Assembly (NCBI GenBank): GCA_051294375.1
Contig: CM119263.1
Location: forward strand, 10,262,210 to 10,326,209
Origin: Paraspadella gotoi
Taxonomy: Eukaryota; Animalia; Chaetognatha
Length of the DNA: 64,000 nt
Direction: 5' to 3'
Within the stretch, counting starts at the first letter, position 1. Each line of letters begins with the position of its first letter. A model generated the notes under the pieces. It was not told where the DNA came from. It searched no databases and saw only the letters and a program-made list of their open reading frames with translations. Below, piece by piece: positions 26,150 through 37,650 of the stretch. Both the position numbers and the translations under genes were made by a program.

Positions 26150-28960
26150 TCCTACCTAACTGGCTCGGTGGTAAGCTGTTGCTATTGAAAGTTGATCCCT
26201 TATCCCTCTCGTGTCATCCCTGGGTGGCGGGTCGTTTTGTGGGTGGGGCGGATGGTTTTGCGGCTGATTCCATTGGAAGGGGGGGGTTCCATTTCACCTT
26301 TTGTATCTTCTGGGTTATTATTTCTCGGGATGAAAACCTCTGGTTCGTGACACTTTATCTCTGCTTTCCTTATTGTAGCCCTTGGTAGTAGGGATTCGCC
26401 TTTTGCATCACCAACTATGGATAGGGTCGGTTATAGATCGCTTTCCCTGCATCTTTGTGCTCAGGGTGGCTGCTCGCTCGGCCTATGCGATTCAATCGTG
26501 ACCTTTCTTTTTTTGTTCCGGTGTCGGTGGGTCTTCGTGCTGGCAATCGCCGTCGGCTGTCCTCTGCTTTCGGTTTCAATCGTCACTTTGCTGATAACTT
26601 TTTCACTTTCACTTTCTCTTTTTGTCTTGCCGAGAGTGAGTTAGTTCTTTTTCTTTCTTTTTTGGCTATAGTTTTCTTGCAATATTTTCACCTTTTTACA
26701 AAAAAAGCCTTTCTTTTCATTTATTGCCCAGTTTTTCCAAGGTTTGTAGGCTTTCCTTTACTATTTCTAGTGCTAAGTTCTTTTTTTTCACTTTTCTTTG
26801 AGCGGATTGAAAAGTCTTGTGGAGGGCGTACAGCGGCCGTTTTCCCCCCGGTAAATTTCAAGTGCTGCTTTCGCGCATTCTTTTAAAATGCGTTTTATTC
26901 TGTCCTGGTGGCATTCTTTGGCCAATTGCTTTTATTTCGTTCCGCGCGTGCCTGCGCTAACTTCGCCGCTTTCAATTCCTTTCCTGGGATGTAGCCTCTG
27001 CACTATTTCTGTTTTCTTGATATATTCTTCTCTGTACTTTTCAGAAATTTAATTTCGCGTATCCAGAGCAAACGTTTTCAGTGTCATCACACACCCACAC
27101 ACACTACAAGGAAAATTCTACTACGTCTGGAATCCAAATTTGTTTCTTGTCTTCCCCTGTAGGATCTTTCTCCCCAGCGGCCTTCGTTCCTTTCTTCGCG
27201 GCGTTCCCGCCATCGATCTTCTAGCGCGGTTACAGTCGCGGCTTGGCTTTTTCGCCATTCTCCGGTCGTCCTTCTTTTTTCGTCCTTCCTTCTCTTTCAT
27301 CAGGGTGGCCAATGTCCTTGGGTGAGCTTCTCCAGCAATTCTAGGAAGTTATTCGCCTCTTGTAGCATGGCCCTTGGAGAGGGCGCTGGCGCTTTCCGCT
27401 GGGTCTTGTCGTATTAATCTTTCTGGCAGGAGGAGTCGGTCCAGGATTTTTGACGGTGGCGTTGTCCTTGACGGAGTTGATGAAGCGTCTCGCTTTTCGC
27501 TTCGCCTGTCCGTTGGTCACAAGCCATCCGCGGAGGATCCATTCGAATTCGCTTCCCTAGTTCCCTTTTTCTTCCCGCTTTCGATGAAGGAGCGGAAAAT
27601 CCATCGCTTCTTGTGCGATCCCCTGGAGCGTAGGGTGTCAAAAGCCTTTTGGTCAGCAGACGTGCGGTGGTGCATTGGGGACTGCGCCTCGTTCTTCAGG
27701 TGCGACGACGGCGAAACCTGCGGTATACCTCGTTGGACCAGGGCGAGCCCGTGCTCCGGGTACCTCCGGTTCGACTTTTACTTCGATGCGCTCCGCCACC
27801 TCTGAAGGCTGAGAATGATGTTGACCTTCGAAGATGTCGCATAGTCCTCTGTAGAGACTTACCGCGTATCGGGTCAAATGAAGGCAGCTGACCTCCGTAG
27901 TCTCTGGTGAATAAGGCTTGGAGTTTGTTCATCCACATGTTGACGTCGCCCTGCATCCTCTCAGGGATTGATAAATCCTCCGTAGGATAATCCTGGGGCT
28001 TTTCGTCGGCTCGTCGTTTCTCTATCTTTATCGTGCTGCTTCTGGGAGTGGCTTCCGCGGCGGCTGGGCGTTTTTCCTCGGCGGGGAGGGTCGCGGCTAT
28101 TGTCACGTATGGTTTCGCGGCTGTAGTCACGCCTCCATCTAGATGTCCGATGTCGCGGTCCGTTCTCCAGTCGGTTTCCGTCGTCACCGTTGGTCGTCAG
28201 TCGTCGCCGTCGCTTTCCCGCATAAGCTCATTATCTTCTGTTATGTTGCTGTTTCGTCTGTTACCGTGTCTTTTATGATTTCACGGTGTTATGTCAATGT
28301 CCTAATTTTTAGAAGTAACATGTTTTCCACCGTTTGTTTTTCGTTTACTAGGCGAGCATTTTCATTCTCTGAACCGGCCATTGAGTGATCTCCGCCTACT
28401 TCCAGCTGCGACGTTTCGTAGGTTTTTCGTTGAAGTCCAGTTGGGTGTAGTCGTCACTCCGTGAGGAGATTTCAACGCGTCTTCCAAGCCTTTTCGTTGT
28501 CGTTTCCGTCATTTTGCTGAGTCCGGGATGTGAACGTCGTTGAATGTCGTCGGCTTGCGCGTATTGCGCTTTGACTTCCGGAGCCATGAATTGGACGTCC
28601 AGTCCGTGGGGTCGAGGTAATGTCCTACCATAAATGGTTTTTTGGCGGACGCGGTGGCGGCTGGTCGGGCGTCGGGGCTGATGGATGAATGTTTTTCTCC
28701 GTCATTTCTTTTCGTTTCGTTTTCTTTCCTTTTTGCGTGAGCCTTATCGACGGCTTTCGTCAAGTTGCCCAAGACGCAGATTTTCTGAATGACCTTCAAT
28801 CTTGGCCTGTTCTTTCAGAGTTCTTGTTTGTTCGTTGCGCACTTGTTCGCTTTCGAAAAATGTCCTTTTCCTTTGGTGTAGGGGTCGTGGTTGCGGCGTG
28901 GGGCGGATTTTCGATTTTCGACGTGTTTAAAAAATTGCCGATTTTCGAAGTTTCTTTCGC
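26150..28960 (-). pseudogene. Gag-like (possibly plus an extra N-terminal ORF) coding region, fragmented
   Basis: Lies upstream of PR. Chained minus-strand ORF pieces (28796-28981, 28509-28799, 27696-28187 with LPSFDP, 27653-27877, 27121-27312) and a K/R-rich C-terminal part. No CCHC knuckle recognised, so the call is mostly positional. Confidence 0.5.
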
Positions 28961-28980
28961 AATCTCGTGTGTGGACACCA
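28961..28980 (-). promoter_or_regulatory. Candidate tRNA primer-binding site (TGGTGTCCACACACGAGATT)
   Basis: The plus strand reads TTCG(c)AATCTCGTGTGTGGACACCA, like a tRNA T-loop to acceptor 3' end with CCA. It sits between the non-coding leader and the coding region. The cognate tRNA was not identified. Confidence 0.4.
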
Positions 28981-29350
28981 CTCGACCGATAACTGAACTG
29001 GCCGTACCGATGAGAGGAATAAGGGATATCTTGCGAAGTAACGGAAAACAAGAGTTTTATTATCAGAAATAAAATGGTGAATCAAAAAATTCATGGAAAT
29101 GAAAATTCTTTTGCTCTTTCTTTGTGAAGCCAGAAAGAACAAGTGACAAGCAATTCACATCCAAAGCCTCTACTTCTTACTTTTAGTTTCCGCTCCCTGA
29201 ACCCCACTAGGATCCCTGCCTTGTTCCCCATTGGCCCCCGACCGCATGTGATCCCCTTAACTCTTCTGTGATTGGTTCGTGGTCGCAAGTGTGGTCCATA
29301 GAGTTTAGGGTAAGGTCTTTGTTTGGGGCTTTTGGTGAGTTTGGCTTTGC

Positions 29351-29435
29351 CGCCGGCTGCTCTGCTGCTTTGCTGTCTTCCTCTGCTCCTCGTATGGGTT
29401 TGGGGAGGCGAGAGAGAAGAGAACAGCAGCCGGCG
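29351..29435 (-). other. Long hairpin near the retroelement 5' terminus
   Basis: Perfect 11-bp stem CGCCGGCTGCT (29351-29361) / AGCAGCCGGCG (29425-29435), extended inward by imperfect tcttcctct..cctc / gagg..agagagaaga pairing. Confidence 0.7.
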
Positions 29436-30208
29436 ACCGCGTTGGTCAGTGAGCGTTTGATGATATGTAGATATATATATATTGAATTGTAGTTTTTTAT
29501 TTCTATAATAGCATTGTGGTTCCTCTGCCCTTTACTTTAAACACATTGTAATTATAAATTACTTATAATGACGTTTTTATAAAAATAAAACCTTAGACGT
29601 TTACGCATTAAACACTTTTTATACTAGACATTTTTGTTTTTAACATTAAACAATTTACTTTTTTATAAAAAAAAGTTCCTATTTTTGCCCTTACTTAACA
29701 CATTATAATTATACATTTTAGGTATATTTCATTTATGCTTTATATTTTTTATATTTTGTTCTTGTTTTTATTAACGCTTGTTTTTCGTTTATGCTTATAT
29801 TTTTTTTGTTTTTGTCTTTGTTTTCATATTTTTGGTTTAAAATTTGAATTTTGAACGTTCTTGTATTTGTATTTGTTCTTGTATTTTATAGTTTCTTATG
29901 AATTAGTTCATAATATTTTTATTGATGAGTCCATTAACACGTTTGTGTCTTTTGTTTCTTGATTTTTTTGGTTTAAAAATTTGAATTTTGAACGTTCTTT
30001 GAACGTTATATTTTAATAGTTTCTTATGAATTAGTACATAACATTTTATTTATGAGTCCAACTTAAAACGTTAAATTTAAATGTTAAAGTTAAACGTTAA
30101 TTTTAAAATAGACCGAGGTTAGTCTATTTAAGCGTTTGTGTCTTGTGTTTTCTTGTTGCTTCCTTTTTATACTTGATGTTTTTTGGTTTAAAAATTTGAA
30201 TTTTGAAC

Positions 30209-30244
<36 letters not shown>

Positions 30245-31238
30245 GCGAANNNNNNNNNNNNNNNNNNNNNNNNNTATTAAGCGCTCTCTTTATTTTTATT
30301 TTCTTTGTTTTTATTAGCGTGATACTGATAAGTGATATTAACTCATTTCGTTTTTAGCGTCCTTTGTTTACGTCTATTTCGTTTTTAGCGCTTTTGTCTC
30401 TTTGTTTTTATAGCGTCTTTAGTTTTTATAAAGTGTCTCTTCTGTTGATCTTTGCGTGCTTAGTATATATATGTATGTATATGTGTATGTGTGTATACTA
30501 TGTAGATATATATATATTGATTTGTAGTTTTTTATTTCTATTAATAGCATTGTGGTCCTCCTGCCCTTTACTTTAACACATTGTAATTATAAATTACTTA
30601 TAATGAACGTTTTATAAAAATAAAACTTACGTTTACGGCATTAAACACTTTTTATACTAGACATTTTTGTTTTTACATTAAACAATTACTTTTTATAAAA
30701 AAAAAGTTCCTATTTTTGCCCTTACTTAACACAATTATAATTATACATTTTAGGTATATTTCATTTATGCTTTATATTTTTTTATTTTGTTCTTGTTTTT
30801 ATTAACGCTTGTTTTTCGTTATGCTTTATATTTTTTTGTTTTTGTCTTTGTTTTCATATTTTTGGTTTAAAATTTGAATTTTGAACGTTCTTGTATTTGT
30901 ATTTGTTCTTGTATTTTATAGTTTCTTAATGAATTAGTTCATAATATTTTTATTGATGAGTCCTTTAACACGTTTGTGTCTTTTGTTTCTTGATTTTTTT
31001 GGTTTAAAAATTTGAATTTTGAACGTTTCTTGAACGTTATATTTTATAGTTTCTTATGAATTAGTACATAACATTTTATTTATGAGTCCACTTAAAACGT
31101 TAAATTTAAATGTTAAAGTTAAACGTTAATTTTAAAATAGACCGAGGTTAGTTCTATTTAAGCGTTTGTGTCTTGTGTTTTCTTGTTGCTTCCTTTTTAT
31201 ACTTGATGTTTTTTGGTTTAAAAATTTGATTTTTGAAC

Positions 31239-31284
<46 letters not shown>

Positions 31285-31619
31285 GAAAAGTTGATTGAAA
31301 AATTAAACTCAAGCAGTTTTTTTTTAATAATTACGCAAAGGGGAAAGTACAAATACAAAACTTACCTTTTCCAAACAAAAAAAAAAACCTCACTACGATG
31401 TCGCCCGCACGATGAATATCGACGGAATACATAAGCAGCCCGTCAGCAACGAAGCAACAACAGAAACAACAGCAACACAAGACAACGTCGGTCCCTTTTT
31501 TCCATTCTTCGTCGAATCTCAATATCAAGTGATGAAAAAACAACTGGGGCTGATTTAATGGCGGAAGATTAAGTCCGACTCTAAATCCCTCGCCCATTTT
31601 TTTTTCGCCCCGAGAAAGG

Positions 31620-31681
<62 letters not shown>

Positions 31682-32399
31682 GAGAGAGAGAGAGGAGAAA
31701 GGGATTAGAAGAGAGGAGACAATATTTTTAGAAAATGAACTGCCAGGGCGAGAGAAAGAGAATAAGCTCGATAAAAAACCCAAAAATGTGGCCCGAAAAA
31801 AAAAGTTGGAAACAATAGAGCGAATATGATGTAGTTTTTAGTAAAATTCTTTTAAACTAAATCAATTTATTTTAAAATTTAAAATTCCCGATTTTAACAA
31901 ATGAAACAGGCAAAGAAAGAAAACATCACATTATAATAGTAAAGAATGAAGAAACGAGCGAACAAATTGAGCTGCAGTCACTTCTTTTCCCGAAGATTGA
32001 GTCTCTCAAGAAAAAGAAAACAAAAAGTTTTTAAGGAAGATTAACAGTCAGTCGTTTTCCCCCTCTCTGTCTCTGTCTCTGTCTTTCTATCTCTTTCTTT
32101 TTTTCTTGGCTCTATTTTCTCTCTTCAGTCTCTTATACACAGCTCTCTCTCGTCTTTCAGTCTCTTCCTCTCTCTCCTTCTCTCTCTCCTCCATCCCTCC
32201 CATCTCTCTATTCTTTTATCTTCCTCCCTATCCTATTCTTTACTCTTTTAAAAACTTCTCTCTCTCTAAAAAGATCCATCTTCCTGGAATTTTGACGAAA
32301 ATTCCAGTTTTAAGAAAGAAGAAGATGAAAAAATATTCAAAGGAAAATCCGGTCATAATTTCTGCGGACAGAAATTAGATCCGTAAAAGATGCTCCCGC

Positions 32400-33360
32400 C
32401 GGAACCAGAGAGATGAAGACGACGAACAGCAGGAGACGACGACGATGAGGAACGAACGACACGATGAGGACGACCGACGATGAGGACGACACGGACACGA
32501 CGACGACTGATGACGACGACGATGAGGACGACGACGACGAACGTTGGTAGAGACACCATGGCAACGACTAACGATAGTTACGACGGCGATGCGACGACGA
32601 TCGAGACGGATGGGACGACGATGCGACGACGATACGCGACGGGACGACGATAAAGTGACGACGATGGCAACCGACAATAGCGAACGACGACGGCAACGAC
32701 GATGCGACGAGGACGCGACTGGATAGCGACTAAGACGATAGCGACACAAACAATGGCGGCACGACGATAGCAAATGATGACGACGATGATGATGAGGAGC
32801 GATGACGACAAACGATAGAGAGAGACGAACAGACCATGGCGATGACTCAGCGATAATTATGACGGCGATGGCGACGACGATCGGAACGAGGAACGAAATG
32901 GCGACGACGATAGCGGACGACGATGGCGACGACGATGGCGACGACGATAGCGACGACGAATAGGCGACGATGGCACGGGACCATGGCGAGACGAGGGACG
33001 ACACCGTTGATGATGATAGCAAAGACCGTCTGCAATTAAACTTTCGGGACGAAGGAGACGATGAAAGTCTTTTCCTGCAATGTTGCCCGACGATGACGAC
33101 GAGACAGCGACAGACGACAGCGACGACAATAGAAAAGACCGATAGCGACGTCGATAGCGACGATGTCAAGTCTAAAAGCGACGGCGACGGGAAGACCGCA
33201 AATTAAAAACACGAACGACGAACGACGATTGATGATGATTATAAATTGATAGATTGATTGAATGATGATGAATGATGATGATTGATGATTGATGAGATGA
33301 TGAATGATGATACGAATGATGATGATGATGATGATGCTCACGATAACGTACCGGTGACGA
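32400..33360 (+). repeat. Degenerate (GAC/GAT)n tract; copies at ~40420-41710 and inverted at ~49500-50445
   Basis: GACGACGATGAG / GACGACGATAGC / GACGACGATGGC 12-mers ending in (GAT)n. Confidence 0.9.
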
Positions 33361-34999
33361 CGACGGAGAAACAACGAAACCATTGGACCCCCACGAAAAA
33401 ACAGTAATTGTTGTATTCTCCTTTATTTCCGTTTATTAGATTTTTATTCTACTATCATATTTACAAAAAAATCTATTCACGTATATTTGCTTTTCGTGTC
33501 TGTCTTTTCTTTTTTTTCTCGTCGTTTCTGTTTTTCCGCACTCCGTCGACACTCCTAAGCCCGCCGCCTTCTTCGCCGACCAGCCGCACCAAAAGTCTGC
33601 CGTAGAAATGATCAATGGTTTAGAGAGAAACGAAGATGTTGTTGACGAATTAACAGAATATTTACGTCGCCATGGCAACGTGTCAATGGTTCGCGTATAA
33701 CGGTGAGATATTAACAGCGTCGGTGACAGTCGTTGAGGTAACGCGCGCGTTTTAAACGGTGTTGAGTTAACGGTCGTTGAGTTAACGGTTGTTGATTAGT
33801 TGAGTTTAGTTAGTAGTTGTCTTTTTGAGTTAACGGTTTTCAAATTGTCAAAGTAATGGTTATTTGAGTTAACAGTTGTTCAAAGTAATGGTCAGTGAGT
33901 TAACAATCATTGAGTTAAAAGTTGTCGAGTTAACAGTTATCTGAGTTAAATCATTCTCAATCATCTCTACATCGAGAAAATTAATTTTTTCGAATTTAAA
34001 AATTGACTCTTTATTTCACAACAAAAGATTCAAGCAATTCTTTCATTTCTTTTTTTTAATCAAATTAAATCAAATTTTCCGCTTAGAAAACGAAACTATT
34101 ATTCTAATAATAAAGGTTTCTCTAGATTTACTTGAAATTGCTTACTCGACTAAAAAAACAGCTGGCTTCTGTGCCACGTCTTCCCGGAATTGGCACGGAA
34201 AACGTCAGAACGGTTTAAAGAGGAGAAGACTAAAGGGGATTTCTGACCGACTTCTTTCTTGAAAAGAATGACAGAGCTGACAGCTGACAATAACAATACA
34301 TTAGATCCTTGTCAGTTTAAAGTAAGAAAGGGTAAGGACTAAAATATATAAATAAGAGACTTTGACAATATACCTTTTGCCTTGTTTTAATTAATATAAC
34401 AAACTGACAAAAATTATATTTCTAATATGTTCTAACTTTTTTTTTTTTTTTCCTTACTTTTTCTCAGCTTTCTCTCCTTTCATCTTCCAGGTCGGACTTT
34501 TCCTCTCCCGAATTTCCAGAGGTGAGTTCCTCGCCAATCGGAACGCCTCAACCTCGGCCTTCGCAGCAGCGAAATCAAAAAGTCCTCCTGATTTCGATGA
34601 ATAAATAAACAGACGGGAAAACCGTTTTTCCTTCCAACTCCTTGAGCCCTTCGCCAAGCCCTTACTTTCTCTTTCCACTTCTCCTTTCCCGTTCTCCCTC
34701 CCGCCTCGACTTTCCCTACCTTACCTCAATCCACTTAACTCACCTCTCCAACTATTTCTCTCCGCTTCTTTGCCCGTGTTTTTTCCTTCGGGTCAAAAAT
34801 CAAAACTAAAAGCCAACTCTTGACCTTTCCGGTCACAGTGGTGAAAACGAAAGACGGGACAGAACTCAAACTGCCCGCCGCTGGTCTATTGACTGCAAAC
34901 TGTCTCCAAAAGCTTCCGCTGAAACGCCTATTTCATCACCTTCTCTTTTCCTGCTTTTAGCACGAAAAATATCCATCTCTGTCTCTGTCTCTGTCTCTC

Positions 35000-35052
<53 letters not shown>

Positions 35053-35492
35053 TCTCTCTCCCTCTCTCTCCGTCTTCTCCCTTCCGTCCTCTCTCCACAT
35101 TCTCTCTCGCAAATCGCTCGTCTCGCTCTTCTCCTCCCCTCGCCTCTTCCCTCCCTCTCTCTCAAGTTGATTGAAAAATTAAACTCAAGCAGTTTTTTTT
35201 TATAATTACGCAAAGGGGAAAGTACTAAATACAAAACTTACCTTTTCCAAACAAAAAAAAAAACCTCCTACGATGTCGCCCGCACGATGAAATCGACCGG
35301 AACTACAGCAGCCGTCAGCAACGACAGCAACAACAGAAACAACAGCAACAACAGCAACGTCGGTCCCTTTTTTCATTCTTCGTCGAATCTCAATATCAAG
35401 TGATGGAAAAAACACTGGGGCTGATTTATGGCGGAAGATTAAGTCCGACTCTAAATCCCTCGCCCAAGTTTTTTTTCGCCCGAGAAAGGGAG

Positions 35493-35531
<39 letters not shown>

Positions 35532-35961
35532 AGGGATTAGAGAGAGGGAGACATATTTTTAGGAAAAATGAACTGCCAGGGCGAGAGAAAGAGAATAAGC
35601 TCGATAAAAAACCCAAAAATGTGGTCCCGAAAAAAAAAGTTGGAACAATAGAGCGAATATGATGTAGTTTTAGTAAAATTCTTTTAAACTAAAGTCAATT
35701 TATTTTAAATTTTAAAATTCCCGATTTTAACAAATGAAACAGGGCAAGAAAGAAACATACATGTATAATAAGTAAAGAATGAAGAAACGAGCGAACAAAT
35801 GAGCTGCAGTCACTTCTTTTCCGAAGATTGAGTCTCAAGAAAAAGAAAAAAAGTTCTTTAAGGAAGATTAACAGTCAGTCGTTTTCCCTCTCTGTCTCTG
35901 TCTCTGTCTTTCTATCTCTTTCTTTTTTTCTTGGCTCTATTTTCTCTTTCAGTCTCTTACA

Positions 35962-36034
<73 letters not shown>

Positions 36035-36921
36035 CCCTATCTTTACTCTCCACTTTTTTTAAAACTTTCTCTCTCTAAAAAGATCCATCTTCCTGGAATT
36101 TTGACGAAAATTCCAGTTTTAAGAAAAGAAGAAGATGAAAAAATATTCAAAGGAAATCCGTCATAATTTCTGCGGACAGAAATTAGATCCGTAAAAGATG
36201 CTCCCCGCCGGAACCAGAGAGGATGACGACGACGACGATGAGGACGACGACGATGAGAAGAGTGGATAAAAGGATATTTAGTATTCGCGAAATATAATTT
36301 ATTCCGTCTTTCTCCGTTGCTCGTTGTCATTTTTTTTAGGGTGGTAGATTTCTTTTAAGAAATCTGTTTACTTATGAAATGAAAGGAAATTATATATAAG
36401 TTCTTCCTCATTATCGTTTCGAGTATTTTTTTTTTCTTTACGAAATTATGCGGAATGGTAATTCAGAATTTTCGAGTATTTTCCTTTCATTTTTTTTGTT
36501 CTCCCCCCCCAAAAAAAAACCAACAAAAACAAAAAACGATCTCTGTTCTCGATTTCAGCAAGGAATCGTCTCCTCTAGAAAGGACAATCTGCAAAATCTC
36601 CCGATTCCAAACACAGATGCCTCTCTCCTCCTTCATACCAGTTCGCTTCTTACTCCTTTTCTAAACGCTTTTACCCCTCCCCACTTCCCCCCGCTTTATA
36701 TACAACATCCCTTCCTTTATCCCTCTCTTTCCGCTCATCTTCCCTGCTCGCCCTTCCCCAAATCGGGCTCCTTCCGTTTCCCTTTCCCGGATGCCCATGG
36801 CCCAATTACGCCCGCGAAGCGCGCATTCCCTTTCCCAATTTCTGATTTTGAGCCGCGAGACTCGAAGCTTCGCGACTCCATCATGCAATTTTCCGGATTT
36901 GGAGAGCTTGGCGAATCACCC

Positions 36922-37650
36922 CATCCGTAACTTTCCCCATCTCTTTACAACTGTTCTCGCCACTCCCGTCCTCCGCTTCCCCACATCCGTAAGCTGTCAC
37001 CCCCATCTCTTTACAACTGTTCTCAGCCAATCCGTCCTCTGCTTTCCCCACATTCCGTAACTGTCAACCCCATCTTTTACACAGCTGTTTCTCTTCAGCC
37101 ACTCCGTCCTCCGCTTTCCCTCCCACATCGTAATGTCACCCCATCTCTTTACAACTGTTCGGCCACTCCGTTCCTCCGCTTCCCCCCCATGCATCGTAAC
37201 TGTCACCTGGCGCATCTCTTTACAAACTGTTCTCGCCACTTATCCCGTCCTCCGCTTTCCCTCCACATCCGTACTGTCAACCCCCATCTCTTTACAAACT
37301 GTTCTTACCATGCCACTCCCGTCCTCCTGCCTTTCCCCACAGTCCGTAACTGTCCAGCCTGCACATCGTCTTTAACAAACTGTTCTCGCCACTCCCGTCC
37401 TCCGCTTCCGCCCACATCCTAAGCTGTCCACCCCTTCCTTTACAACTGTTCTCGCCACTTCGTCCTCTTGCTTTCCGCGCACTATCCGTAACTGGTCACC
37501 GCGCATCTCTTTACAAACTGGATACGCGCCACTACCCGTCCTCCCACTTCCCTCCAAATCCAGTAACTGTCACCCCGGCATCTCTTTACAAACTGTTCTC
37601 CGGCACTCCCGTCTCCGCTTCCCCCCACTATCCGTAACTGTTCCACCACT
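36922..37650 (+). repeat. ~67-bp minisatellite (CATCCGTAACTGTCACCCCCATCTCTTTACAAACTGTTCTCGCCACTCCCGTCCTCCGCTTCCCCCCA), ~10 full units plus a partial
   Basis: 11 unit starts counted; mirrored at 53291-54019; only ~1.4 units at 22378-22470. Confidence 0.9.

Larger units (their letters stand above)
23016..29462 (-). mobile_element. Ortervirales-type retroelement (Gag-like, aspartic protease, RT, RNase H) with no visible integrase or paired LTRs
   Basis: Boundaries come from comparison with the empty host copy at 38150-38550. Ordered PR, RT and RH motifs can be reconstructed on the minus strand across frameshifts. Unlike the flanks, the region has high complexity and no microsatellites. Confidence 0.85.

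Noticed and set aside
28955-28980. tRNA gene
   Set aside because: Only a 3'-end-like fragment with CCA and no cloverleaf; treated as a PBS candidate. No tRNA or rRNA genes were recognised in the window.
23016-29462. LINE, DIRS or Penelope assignment; paired LTRs
   Set aside because: A DTG protease and LTR-type RT/RH motifs exclude these classes; no endonuclease, YR or poly-A tail seen; the ends share no evident repeat.
29445-29462. Plus-strand hammerhead formed across a hypothetical circular junction (TTGATGA-TATA-GAAA)
   Set aside because: Stem I cannot pair and stem III is marginal.
36922-37650. CRISPR-like periodicity (also 55430-55795 and the HINE repeats)
   Set aside because: Units repeat head-to-tail without unique spacers; eukaryotic context and no cas genes.
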